Source: a phage
Length of the DNA stretch: 64,000 bases
Assembly (NCBI GenBank): GCA_024683775.1
Contig: GCA_024683775.1_4106.1
Reading direction: 5' to 3' (one strand)
Positions within the stretch are counted from its first letter, which is position 1, and every line of letters starts with the position of its first letter. This document shows positions 18,580 to 31,617 of this stretch, one piece after another. The notes beneath the pieces were generated by a model. It saw nothing but the letters and a program-made list of their open reading frames with translations, searched no databases and had not been told where the DNA came from. Made by a program: the position numbers and the translations under genes.

Positions 18580-18608
18580 ATACCCAGTCTAGTACTGGGT
18601 ATTTTTTT
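18580..18608 (+). terminator. intrinsic terminator
   Basis: ATACCCAGT-CTAGT-ACTGGGTAT hairpin followed by TTTTTT. The hairpin includes an AGTACT. Confidence 0.7.
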
Positions 18609-18619
18609 AAGGAAATAAA

Positions 18620-19012
18620 ATGACTGAATCTGAACTACGTGAAATGATAGATTTCATTTATGAAATGGTGCAAGATAAAAATAACATCAATACAATTATT
18701 TCTGGTCCAAGACAAATTGGTAACCAAATGACATATTCTTTATCTTTGTGGATAAACCAGAACTACAAAGTTGATTGTTTGTATTTTCGTCCTGATATTG
18801 ATGCTTATTATTTTGTAAATCATGATGCATTAATGAAACCAAATAAGCGTCCAGTTGATGATGCCTTTGTGACGCACCCATTTTATCTGGCTGATTCCGA
18901 AGAAGATGAGTTTCAAAAGAACACAACGTTAAGCCCAGGTGAAATTTGCATCCCTTACACACTAAAAGATAAAATGATTTACATCACAGAAGTTATGAAA
19001 ACATGCTGGTAA
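18620..19012 (+). CDS. acidic-FQxS motif paralog family protein (divergent)
   Basis: Motif 'SEEDEFQKNTTLS'. Confidence 0.55.
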   Translation: MTESELREMIDFIYEMVQDKNNINTIISGPRQIGNQMTYSLSLWINQNYKVDCLYFRPDIDAYYFVNHDALMKPNKRPVDDAFVTHPFYLADSEEDEFQKNTTLSPGEICIPYTLKDKMIYITEVMKTCW

Positions 19013-19060
19013 GTGCAATGAAACTCTGATATAATACAAATAATGATAATAGGAGGATAT

Positions 19061-19279
19061 ATGAAATTTATTAATTTTGATATTTCTAAGGTCAAAGAAT
19101 TATTTGTAAGAAATGCAGTTTATGATATCATGTTACATAACGGTACTGTACAAGAAGATGTTGTATTGTTTTCGTTTGATGGTGAAAATCTCGAAACTAT
19201 ATATAAATTCAGCAACTTAGATGGTGACTTTTGGGAAACCAGTGCTGTTAAAATGTATAGAATTAAAAAGGAGCATTAA
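19061..19279 (+). CDS. hypothetical protein
   Basis: AGGAGGA RBS before the ATG at 19061. Confidence 0.55.
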   Translation: MKFINFDISKVKELFVRNAVYDIMLHNGTVQEDVVLFSFDGENLETIYKFSNLDGDFWETSAVKMYRIKKEH

Positions 19280-19280
19280 T

Positions 19281-19769
19281 ATGCCAATTCGTGGTGTCCC
19301 AGAACCATTAACTGAAGTTATTAAGCATGTTCGCATTGGAGATCGAGAAGTTAATCTGCGACGTGGTAATATATATTACTTTAAAACTTCAGATATGAGT
19401 TCTGTGCAGATTGTCATTGGTACATCTATTATGATTACTCGCGTACTTGATGGTAGTACTGACTTCGTTGGGTACAATGTACTTACTAATAAAGTAACAC
19501 ATACATATAAATGGAGTGGATATAAAACTATTAAGTATGAATTTGACTTAGCTAGAACTGAAGAAGAACGATTTATGCTGAGTACTATCAATCCAGCAAA
19601 CTATCCAGATCTTGATGCATTTTTGCTAATTTTAAAATTGTATAATGAAGCAAATCAGAAAGCTAAAGAGTATGATAGAATCATGTATGAACGCCGAAAA
19701 GAACGTGCACAAAAAAGTTATGATCTGTATGATAGCCCATACGTGAAATATAGTAAGGGGTCGAAATGA
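19281..19769 (+). CDS. acidic-FQxS motif paralog family protein (FM variant)
   Basis: Motif 'TEEERFMLSTINP'. AAGGAG RBS before the ATG at 19281. Confidence 0.6.
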   Translation: MPIRGVPEPLTEVIKHVRIGDREVNLRRGNIYYFKTSDMSSVQIVIGTSIMITRVLDGSTDFVGYNVLTNKVTHTYKWSGYKTIKYEFDLARTEEERFMLSTINPANYPDLDAFLLILKLYNEANQKAKEYDRIMYERRKERAQKSYDLYDSPYVKYSKGSK

Positions 19770-20170
19770 ATAAAGAAGTTCAAATTATCATAACTCCACC
19801 TATACAAAGTCTGGATGTATCCATTAGTGATTTTTTGGAAAAATACTATGAATGGTTTAATGAAGATTCAGTAATTTATAACCATTCATTACCTGATGGT
19901 TTCGTTGAGCTTATTGAATTAAATGCCAAATCACTATACTTCTGTGTTGAATACAATGATTATATGACAGATGAAGCATATCGTTTTCGTTGTACATTGT
20001 ATCCTAACCATTTTTCCATTGGTTATAAAGACTATCAGTACTGCACCACAAACTATAGTGTAGAGGAAGAATTTCAGTACAATTTACTTTATCCTGATTT
20101 AGATTATACGATTGCAGTACTGTTGACTAAAATCATGGATTTTTATAAAGATAAATATAATGCATCCTAA
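19766..20170 (+). CDS. acidic-FQxS motif paralog family protein (divergent)
   Basis: Motif 'SVEEEFQYNLLYP'. ATGA overlap upstream. Confidence 0.55.
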   Translation: MNKEVQIIITPPIQSLDVSISDFLEKYYEWFNEDSVIYNHSLPDGFVELIELNAKSLYFCVEYNDYMTDEAYRFRCTLYPNHFSIGYKDYQYCTTNYSVEEEFQYNLLYPDLDYTIAVLLTKIMDFYKDKYNAS

Positions 20171-20345
20171 GACATTTGATGAGTGGTTTAATCTACACTA
20201 TAATATAAATGCAGCAGATATATACTATTTTAAGCTTGAATTGTATATATCATTGCGTAACCCAATCGAATACTATAACAACATCATCAATTGTGATGAT
20301 TTTGGTACATATTTTAGTATAGCAGTCATGGACAAAATAAGATGA
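20160..20345 (+). CDS. small hypothetical protein
   Basis: 61 aa ORF. Confidence 0.45.
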   Translation: MHPKTFDEWFNLHYNINAADIYYFKLELYISLRNPIEYYNNIINCDDFGTYFSIAVMDKIR

Positions 20346-20512
20346 CACACAAAGAATGGTTAGATGAACTAAAATTTAAACATAATCCTTTTGGTTTTGG
20401 TATACGCCAAGGTCATTATGATGTGTTAAAAGATAAACAACTTTTCAAATCATTTGTACTTGATGAGGATAGTAATCACTGGTACATCTATGAGCTTGCA
20501 ATTAGGAAATAG
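20342..20512 (+). CDS. small protein of the 'MTH(E/K)EW' family (56 aa; not in ORF track)
   Basis: ATGA overlap upstream. The N-terminus MTHKEWLDELKF resembles the three tandem ORFs at 21846-22332. Confidence 0.4.
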   Translation: MTHKEWLDELKFKHNPFGFGIRQGHYDVLKDKQLFKSFVLDEDSNHWYIYELAIRK

Positions 20513-20522
20513 AAGATATAGT

Positions 20523-20871
<349 letters not shown>

Positions 20872-20884
20872 CGAGGAATCCAAA

Positions 20885-21082
20885 GTGACTAAAGCAGAAC
20901 TTGTAGCATTATTGGAATCATATCCCGATGATGCATGTATTGAAGTTGTTCATAGTGCGAGACATTTTGACATTGAAGATGTAGTACGTTATAATGACAA
21001 AGGTGTGCTCATCATGGAACTATGTATTGGTGAAATGAAAACTATACCCGAATCAGAAAAACGTAAAAATAGTAAACCGTAA
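20885..21082 (+). CDS. small protein of the 'MxKxELIxxLQ' N-terminal family
   Basis: GTG start after an AGGAA RBS. 'MTKAELVALLESYPDDACIEV' parallels the N-termini of 27558 and 27972. Confidence 0.5.
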   Translation: MTKAELVALLESYPDDACIEVVHSARHFDIEDVVRYNDKGVLIMELCIGEMKTIPESEKRKNSKP

Positions 21083-21092
21083 GGAAAATAAA

Positions 21093-21311
21093 ATGGAATC
21101 TACTCTATTAGAAGTTATTAACTCATTAAACGCTGGCGACAATGTACAAGTACTCCTTCAGGGATACCGTGTAAAAGGTTCAGTAGTTTTAGTTAATGAC
21201 ACCACTGTTGTTGTAACTGAAACTAACCCGTTTGACAGTAATGAGCTTGCTAATATCCATATTGATATTAAAAGTATTATTGGTGTTGGTGTAACTAAAC
21301 CACAAGAATAA
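21093..21311 (+). CDS. hypothetical protein
   Basis: 72 aa ORF. Confidence 0.5.
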   Translation: MESTLLEVINSLNAGDNVQVLLQGYRVKGSVVLVNDTTVVVTETNPFDSNELANIHIDIKSIIGVGVTKPQE

Positions 21312-21332
21312 CAATTGTTATTGGGGATTACT

Positions 21333-21605
21333 ATGCATTTTGAAAAATTCAATACAAATCGTAACACACGCATTGACGTTCTTTATGAAACACAAGACTC
21401 AATAAGCATTCGTACACGTAGTGGTGATGTATATCATGACTGTACTATTGGTTGGGAACAGGGAAGAACACGTAGTGCAGAATTCGATAACTATCGCTTC
21501 TACCAAGGGGACACCACAATCTGGCCTGAACACGTAGAAGATATTGCGATTGAAGATGAACATAAAGATGAATTTATAAAATTTAATCCCGAAACCGAAT
21601 CATAA
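21333..21605 (+). CDS. hypothetical protein
   Basis: I prefer the ATG at 21333 over the non-ATG track start at 21315. Confidence 0.5.
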   Translation: MHFEKFNTNRNTRIDVLYETQDSISIRTRSGDVYHDCTIGWEQGRTRSAEFDNYRFYQGDTTIWPEHVEDIAIEDEHKDEFIKFNPETES

Positions 21606-21622
21606 ATATTGGAACAGACTAT

Positions 21623-21738
<116 letters not shown>

Positions 21739-21742
21739 AAAT

Positions 21743-21828
<86 letters not shown>

Positions 21829-21845
21829 CAATTAAAGGTTAAACC

Positions 21846-22006
<161 letters not shown>

Positions 22007-22010
<4 letters not shown>

Positions 22011-22167
22011 CACATGAAGAATGGATGAATGACATTAATTTTAGATATTCGGGTATCGGTAAATGGCTAAAGTATCATTGGGAATTCATTTCAGAGCCAC
22101 ATCTGTATGATAAACTTATCAACGATCCAGCATATGAAATGTACTTAATTGAACTACTGGTACGAAT

Positions 22168-22171
<4 letters not shown>
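22007..22171 (+). CDS. 54-aa 'MTHEEW' family protein, tandem copy 2
   Basis: ATGA overlap upstream. Nearly identical to copy 1 over the first 19 codons. Confidence 0.5.
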
Positions 22172-22763
<592 letters not shown>

Positions 22764-22767
<4 letters not shown>

Positions 22768-22792
22768 CTAAATAGTTCAGTACTGATATAAT
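22764..22792 (+). promoter_or_regulatory. sigma70-type promoter, copy B of the repeated promoter
   Basis: TTGACT at 22764-22769, 17 bp spacer, TATAAT at 22787-22792. Confidence 0.6.
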
Positions 22793-22798
22793 GAATTC

Positions 22799-23140
22799 CA
22801 CAATCAGACGTATATGGTGTAAGTTACGTCGATGTAATCCAGAACAAGATCTCTGGTACTCTAGGAAGTGGTGAATGTTAACCTAGACGGGTTTGATAAT
22901 TGGACGATAGGCAATTATTACTTGACTAGCAGGTTTAAACTAGAGGTGACAGTCCTTTACCAAACTGGAAAACCGGATGGACTTTTATTTAAAAGGGTAA
23001 GGCGTGGAAATATGTTTACAGTAGTTGCTTTTAGTAGCCTGTACGCCCCACGTAAAGGTAGCCGAAAGGCAAGTTAAAACGGGTGGTTATAAAGCTGAAT
23101 TAACAGCGGCGTTTAAAAGCGTCACCATCCATTTTTTTTA
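22799..23140 (+). ncRNA. candidate structured non-coding RNA (~340 nt), promoter-driven and ending at a T8 run
   Basis: No convincing ORF. It has its own promoter. GNRA hairpin GCC-GAAA-GGC. Nested stem CCAC...GTGG. Terminal stem GGGTGGT...ACCATCC followed by TTTTTTTT. Confidence 0.45.
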
Positions 23141-23155
23141 ATTAAAGTTGGTGAT

Positions 23156-23533
<378 letters not shown>

Positions 23534-23544
23534 GATTAAGTACT

Positions 23545-24109
<565 letters not shown>

Positions 24110-24123
24110 ATCAGTACTTTATT

Positions 24124-24258
<135 letters not shown>

Positions 24259-24262
24259 AATC

Positions 24263-24352
24263 GGTCCCGTTGCCTAGCGTCCGAAGGCAGCCGACTCATA
24301 ATCGGTCACAGTTAATGACACACCACTGGTTAGAATCCAGTCGGGACCACCA
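24263..24352 (+). tRNA. tRNA with CAT anticodon (Met/Ile2 type) carrying an ~18 nt variable region and a TTA T-loop
   Basis: Acceptor GGTCCCG/CGGGACC plus A plus CCA. D-arm GCCT...AGGC. Anticodon arm GCCGA-CTCATAA-TCGGT. T-arm ACTGG-TTAGAAT-CCAGT. Confidence 0.6.
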
Positions 24353-24356
24353 ATTA

Positions 24357-24429
24357 GACTCTGTAGTTCAGTTGGTAGAACGCTTCACTCATAATGAAGA
24401 AGTCGCTGGTTCAATCCCAGTACTGACCA
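24357..24429 (+). tRNA. tRNA-like (CAT anticodon) with a non-complementary acceptor stem; possible pseudogene
   Basis: Canonical D-arm GTTC-AGTTGGTA-GAAC, anticodon arm CTTCA-CTCATAA-TGAAG and T-arm GCTGG-TTCAATC-CCAGT. The 5' GACTCTG cannot pair with the 3' ACTGACC. Confidence 0.35.
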
Positions 24430-24438
24430 CAAAAAAAA

Positions 24439-26136
<1,698 letters not shown>

Positions 26137-26183
26137 AATATTCTCCTGAATTTTCTAAAAGTTATAATAATATTTAGTTACAA

Positions 26184-26190
26184 TATTTAT
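26184..26190 (-). promoter_or_regulatory. possible T4-type late promoter core (ATAAATA on the minus strand)
   Basis: The minus strand reads TCATAAATATTG about 48 nt upstream of the GTG start. Confidence 0.25.
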
Positions 26191-26206
26191 GATATAGATT
26201 AAAAAG

Positions 26207-26236
26207 TTGAAATGTGTTCAAAAAATGTGGTATAAT
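26207..26236 (+). promoter_or_regulatory. sigma70-type promoter with an extended -10
   Basis: TTGAAA at 26207-26212 and TGgTATAAT at 26228-26236. Confidence 0.5.
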
Positions 26237-26262
26237 ACCTCTGTTGTTCACGGAAAGATTAA

Positions 26263-26484
<222 letters not shown>

Positions 26485-26493
26485 TCAAAATTC

Positions 26494-26575
<82 letters not shown>

Positions 26576-26584
26576 TAAAACAAA

Positions 26585-26668
26585 TGGTAGTTAGCATATC
26601 GGCCTTATGCAACGGACTGTTAATCCGTGTCAGAAATGACAAGACTGGTTCGACTCCAGTACTACCAG
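26585..26668 (+). tRNA. tRNA-Asn (GTT) carrying an extra variable-arm hairpin
   Basis: Acceptor TGGTAGT/ACTACCA. D-arm GCAT...ATGC. Anticodon arm ACGGA-CTGTTAA-TCCGT. 15-nt variable region with a GTCA-GAAA-TGAC hairpin. T-arm ACTGG-TTCGACT-CCAGT. Confidence 0.7.
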
Positions 26669-26733
26669 CAAAACAATCATGAACCTCGGAACAATAAATA
26701 ATATCATACAGGATATTATGAGGTCTAAGGTTC

Positions 26734-27276
26734 ATGGGACGAAAACAATCAGAAGAAACACGTAAAAAAATAGCTGAATCATTAAAGGCTAAAAGTTCTA
26801 AATTACCAGAGAATGAAATAATTCAAAAATATTTAAATGGTATGCCAATTTACGGTTTAGCCAAAGAATATAAGTGTAATAGATCAAGAATAAATGATAT
26901 CGTTGAATCACATGGTGTTAAACGACCAAAATCAACCAATGAAATGCGATTTTGTGAAATACACAATAAGAATTATGAATTAAATTCACAAGGTAAATGG
27001 AAATGTTTAAAATGTGACAGTCAACGTGTTTCTGATAGACGTAGAAAATTAAAAATACTAGCCGTTGAATACAAAGGCGGTTGTTGTGAAAAGTGTGGAT
27101 ATGATAAATGCATTGCCGCATTAGAATTCCATCATGTTGATCCTTCACAGAAAGATTATTCAATTAGTCAAGAAGGTGCAACTCGTTCTTTTGAAAAAAT
27201 TAAAATAGAACTGGATAAATGTATTATGGTTTGTGCAAATTGTCATCGTGAGATTCATGATGATGAACGACAATAA
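26734..27276 (+). CDS. HNH endonuclease with a NUMOD3-like N-terminal DNA-binding motif
   Basis: 'GRKQSEETRKKIAESLK', 'CEKCGYDKCIAALEFHHVDPSQKD' and 'CANCHREIH'. Confidence 0.8.
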   Translation: MGRKQSEETRKKIAESLKAKSSKLPENEIIQKYLNGMPIYGLAKEYKCNRSRINDIVESHGVKRPKSTNEMRFCEIHNKNYELNSQGKWKCLKCDSQRVSDRRRKLKILAVEYKGGCCEKCGYDKCIAALEFHHVDPSQKDYSISQEGATRSFEKIKIELDKCIMVCANCHREIHDDERQ

Positions 27277-27279
27277 TTT

Positions 27280-27549
<270 letters not shown>

Positions 27550-27557
27550 GAATTTAA

Positions 27558-27959
27558 ATGAAAAAGAATGACTTGATCAAAATGCTTCAAGAGATTGACG
27601 GCAATCCAGAGATTGTTATTTGGAATGGATATGTCGATGATTATATGAACATCGAAAAAGGCTTGACTAAAATCACTCTAGTCAAAGAAACTGAACAGTT
27701 CCTTCTGGAAGCATTAGTGCACGAATGGTGCAAACGTAACAATACATTCGACATTCCAGAAGATCAACGAACTAAGATTGCAGAACAAGCTAAAAAACTT
27801 CATAAGAAACGTGAATACGATTTCCAGAACCCACATGTTACTGAAGACGAATTCAATCACTGGTACGGTAAAAAGAAATTGACAAAATATGTCATTTCAC
27901 CTAAACTACGTGGTAAGACTTCACTTGGTGTCTTCAACGCCGCTGACTTAAACTACTAG
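27558..27959 (+). CDS. protein of the 'MxKxDLIKxLQ' N-terminal family
   Basis: 'MKKNDLIKMLQEIDGNPEIVIW'. Confidence 0.55.
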   Translation: MKKNDLIKMLQEIDGNPEIVIWNGYVDDYMNIEKGLTKITLVKETEQFLLEALVHEWCKRNNTFDIPEDQRTKIAEQAKKLHKKREYDFQNPHVTEDEFNHWYGKKKLTKYVISPKLRGKTSLGVFNAADLNY

Positions 27960-27968
27960 CGGGTATTA

Positions 27969-28501
<533 letters not shown>

Positions 28502-28520
28502 AAATCTTAGTAAGAAAATA

Positions 28521-28602
<82 letters not shown>

Positions 28603-28681
28603 GAAGAAACTGCTAAACAGCTTGAAGTACTTTGTAGTGCTGCACCTATGCCGACACTTGGCTTAATCAAGTTGATGCGTA

Positions 28682-28723
<42 letters not shown>

Positions 28724-28774
28724 GCCTCCCCTCAATGCGAAAGAGTATAGAGACTTGTTGGTTATCTTACTTCT

Positions 28775-28853
<79 letters not shown>

Positions 28854-28870
28854 CAAAATAAAGGTACACT

Positions 28871-29296
28871 ATGACATACAACATTGTTAAAATGGTGAAC
28901 TACGTATTAAAAAACAACGCATGGTCACTACATGATGTACAATTAAAAGATATTGGTGAAGTTAGAGTTTTTTGCTATGATGACGATTTGAACGAAACCA
29001 CTGATTTGAGTAAATGTTTTAATATTTTTCTTGGTTATGAAATCAATGATCATTTTTATTCATTTGATGTGTATTTTGAACGAGTTAAAATCAGAATTTA
29101 TTCAGTAGATAATGATTTTTATGATTATGATAACGAATCAATTGAATTGAATTTTAACGATATTGATACTGAAGAAAAATTCTTCCAGTACTGTCTCGTA
29201 AACGATCTAAATGGATTGACATTTGAGGACATTAGTGCTATCCTTAAAGTTAAAAGATTGATTCCAGAAGAGGTTCCAAATCCGTTTAATGACTAG
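28871..29296 (+). CDS. acidic-FQxS motif paralog family protein
   Basis: Motif 'DTEEKFFQYCLVND'. Confidence 0.65.
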   Translation: MTYNIVKMVNYVLKNNAWSLHDVQLKDIGEVRVFCYDDDLNETTDLSKCFNIFLGYEINDHFYSFDVYFERVKIRIYSVDNDFYDYDNESIELNFNDIDTEEKFFQYCLVNDLNGLTFEDISAILKVKRLIPEEVPNPFND

Positions 29297-29648
29297 TTTA
29301 ATAACTCGTATAATGCAAGATGTTCGTAAGAATCTTTATACTGGTAATTTTGATGATCCTAACATAAAAATATTATGTTATGATGTATTCACACTGGTAC
29401 ACCCATCTGAATCTAATAATATATACATAGCATATACTTCTCCTGATATTTTGTATCAATTTGATTTATATAGTACAATGGCTAAGATAACATTAGATGT
29501 TTCTAAGGAGCCATTTTTTATAGCAGTACATGATTTTGAGTACACAGAAGAGTCATTATTCCAGTACTCAATGATAAATGACATTGGTGACTTGACATTA
29601 GAAGAGATAAATGTTATAGTTGGTATGTGTCGTTTGATTAATCCATAA
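29289..29648 (+). CDS. acidic-FQxS motif paralog family protein
   Basis: Motif 'YTEESLFQYSMIND'. Confidence 0.65.
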   Translation: MTSLITRIMQDVRKNLYTGNFDDPNIKILCYDVFTLVHPSESNNIYIAYTSPDILYQFDLYSTMAKITLDVSKEPFFIAVHDFEYTEESLFQYSMINDIGDLTLEEINVIVGMCRLINP

Positions 29649-29661
29649 CTCGGAGCTTAAT

Positions 29662-29853
29662 ATGTTTTTGAATTTGTTATGCTTATTTGGTCGTACATTG
29701 GTTCTTGCTATTATTCATACACCTGGTATTCGTAATTATGTTTCTTATGAATTTAAGAAAAATTACCACAACAACACTGAAGTTCGTGTAACTAAGATGT
29801 GCAAAGACTTCAATGGAGATGTTCAACCATTCAAGAAGTACGAGGATGAATAA
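29662..29853 (+). CDS. small membrane-anchored protein
   Basis: Hydrophobic N-terminus 'FLNLLCLFGRTLVLAIIH'. Confidence 0.5.
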   Translation: MFLNLLCLFGRTLVLAIIHTPGIRNYVSYEFKKNYHNNTEVRVTKMCKDFNGDVQPFKKYEDE

Positions 29854-30137
29854 TGGAATTTATTGTTGCACCTGATGAACTAAAAACATTCACGTTCCGA
29901 GACAATAACAATTATCCTTATATAAATCATTCATTGAATTCATTGCATGTTATTTCAATCATTGCATCTGAATACAGAGACAATCCATGTATTGATTTTA
30001 AAACCACTGATGGTGAATATACATGGGTAGTTCCGAACGATAAATACAGTTATCAGGGTGCAGTGGAGATCCGCGACTCGATTCTAAAGCAAATCGAAGA
30101 TGGACATACTCATCCTAAACTAAACATTCAGTACTGA
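29853..30137 (+). CDS. hypothetical protein
   Basis: 94 aa ORF. TAATG overlap upstream. Confidence 0.5.
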   Translation: MEFIVAPDELKTFTFRDNNNYPYINHSLNSLHVISIIASEYRDNPCIDFKTTDGEYTWVVPNDKYSYQGAVEIRDSILKQIEDGHTHPKLNIQY

Positions 30138-30329
30138 AATCGTTTAACCGGATAGCTTCTAGTCGGTACTGAATTCCTCCTTTTGTCTAGAAGCTATCAC
30201 TCTTTTAAAGTATAATGATATCACCCTCATGGTTCATTATATTCGTTACCCTCTAACAGTATCTTTTTTATTCCTCTTTGATACTGTATTTTAGAAGTTG
30301 ACATTTTTACTTCTACTGTGTTATACTTA

Positions 30330-30361
30330 AGGCTGATTCATAATGAATCGGCCTTTTTTTC
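30330..30361 (+). terminator. hairpin plus T-run overlapping a promoter (TTGACA 30297-30302)
   Basis: AGGCTGATTCA-TAA-TGAATCGGCCT hairpin followed by TTTTTTT. Confidence 0.6.
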
Positions 30362-30378
30362 TTGTGGGGATTAATGTA

Positions 30379-30795
30379 ATGAATAAAGAAGTTATTAGTT
30401 TAATGGATGAGTATATCAACCAAACATATCGTTTTATATTTTTTAATGCATTTGAGTCCAGAACAACGTATTATTCTGGTGAATATGAGATAATAACTGG
30501 ATCATTTCTTAACGGATACATGGAGTTTTTAGAACAAAGCGATAATGTGTTCATTTCCATATCTGAAAAACATGGTAATGATTATGTTATTGATATGTGG
30601 CCTAATAAAGTAGAGATTGATACCACGCACAAAATCGTAATTGATGTGGATGAATCGTTGTATGATTTAACTGAAGATATGTACATGCAACTAAATTTCG
30701 TATACGATCTAACTAACATAAGTTATTCTAATCTAAGTAAATTATTTTATATTTGTGGTGTACTACATAAAAACGTACAACAAAATAAAGGATAA
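30379..30795 (+). CDS. acidic-FQxS motif paralog family protein (divergent, YMQ variant)
   Basis: Motif 'LTEDMYMQLNFVYD'. The track start at 30343 lies in the terminator hairpin, so I prefer the ATG at 30379. Confidence 0.55.
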   Translation: MNKEVISLMDEYINQTYRFIFFNAFESRTTYYSGEYEIITGSFLNGYMEFLEQSDNVFISISEKHGNDYVIDMWPNKVEIDTTHKIVIDVDESLYDLTEDMYMQLNFVYDLTNISYSNLSKLFYICGVLHKNVQQNKG

Positions 30796-30803
30796 ACATT
30801 TAA

Positions 30804-31208
30804 ATGTTGAAAATTCCACCACATACACTATCTATGCTAATTGAAAATGGTGTAATATTTTCTGAAGGGTGTAGTTCATTCTATACATGTGACGTAGACC
30901 CGTATACATTTGAATACCGTTCATTTAAAAATACATTGAGTGTTCCATGTGAAGCTTCTGACAACATTGTACTTGTCGTTTCGTTCTATGGTGTGCCAAA
31001 ATTCTTCATTGATATATATTATGATTCTTTTAAGATACAAACATACGATCATTTTCTTGGTGAAGTGCTCTTGCAAATGCAGATTGAACATGTTACTATA
31101 GATGAAGATATGTTCTTTCAGCTATCTACATTATACGATATGTGTGGATTGTCAGTTGACAACATAAATGGTATATTTGAAATTGCCAGAAACCTACGAG
31201 GAAGATGA
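30804..31208 (+). CDS. acidic-FQxS motif paralog family protein
   Basis: Motif 'IDEDMFFQLSTLYD'. Confidence 0.65.
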   Translation: MLKIPPHTLSMLIENGVIFSEGCSSFYTCDVDPYTFEYRSFKNTLSVPCEASDNIVLVVSFYGVPKFFIDIYYDSFKIQTYDHFLGEVLLQMQIEHVTIDEDMFFQLSTLYDMCGLSVDNINGIFEIARNLRGR

Positions 31209-31209
31209 T

Positions 31210-31617
31210 ATGAATAAAATTTTAAGTGATAATGAGGTTGATATTGTCATTGATGTGCTTGAAAACAGTAATACATTTGAGAAGAAACACAGTACTGTAT
31301 ACTTCGGTAAAGATTGCTGGTTGAGCTATATATCTGATAATTCGTTTGTAATTCGTGTTGAAACGGGTGATATTGGATTTACGGTACATGCGGCACATAC
31401 CAAAACTGATAAACAAATCACTGTTATTGCTGACACGCCAAGTATCTGGGATAGAATTGATGATTGTGAACACTACACGTCAACATTCTATGATACAGAA
31501 GAAGAACATTTCATGGATAGTACGGTCAAAGAATTAACTATTCCATTTAAACTTATGAAAGCAGCAAGAGATTTTATTTTAAAATACAAAAAAATAGGAG
31601 TTGATGATGCAATTTAA
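31210..31617 (+). CDS. acidic-FQxS motif paralog family protein (FM variant)
   Basis: Motif 'DTEEEHFMDSTVKE'. The ATG at 31210 follows the upstream stop directly. Confidence 0.6.
   Translation: MNKILSDNEVDIVIDVLENSNTFEKKHSTVYFGKDCWLSYISDNSFVIRVETGDIGFTVHAAHTKTDKQITVIADTPSIWDRIDDCEHYTSTFYDTEEEHFMDSTVKELTIPFKLMKAARDFILKYKKIGVDDAI

Noticed and set aside
22868-23077. 69-aa GTG-initiated ORF inside the 22799-23140 region.
   Set aside because: No properly spaced RBS. It crosses predicted helices, and the surrounding region looks like a structured RNA. It is kept only as an alternative hypothesis.
22799-23140. Group I intron interpretation of the structured region (GNRA loop, TATGG element, adjacent homing endonuclease).
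   Set aside because: The flanking ORFs are complete, with their own stop and start codons, and a promoter immediately precedes the region. I see no split exon, and I could not identify convincing P3-P8 core pairings by eye.
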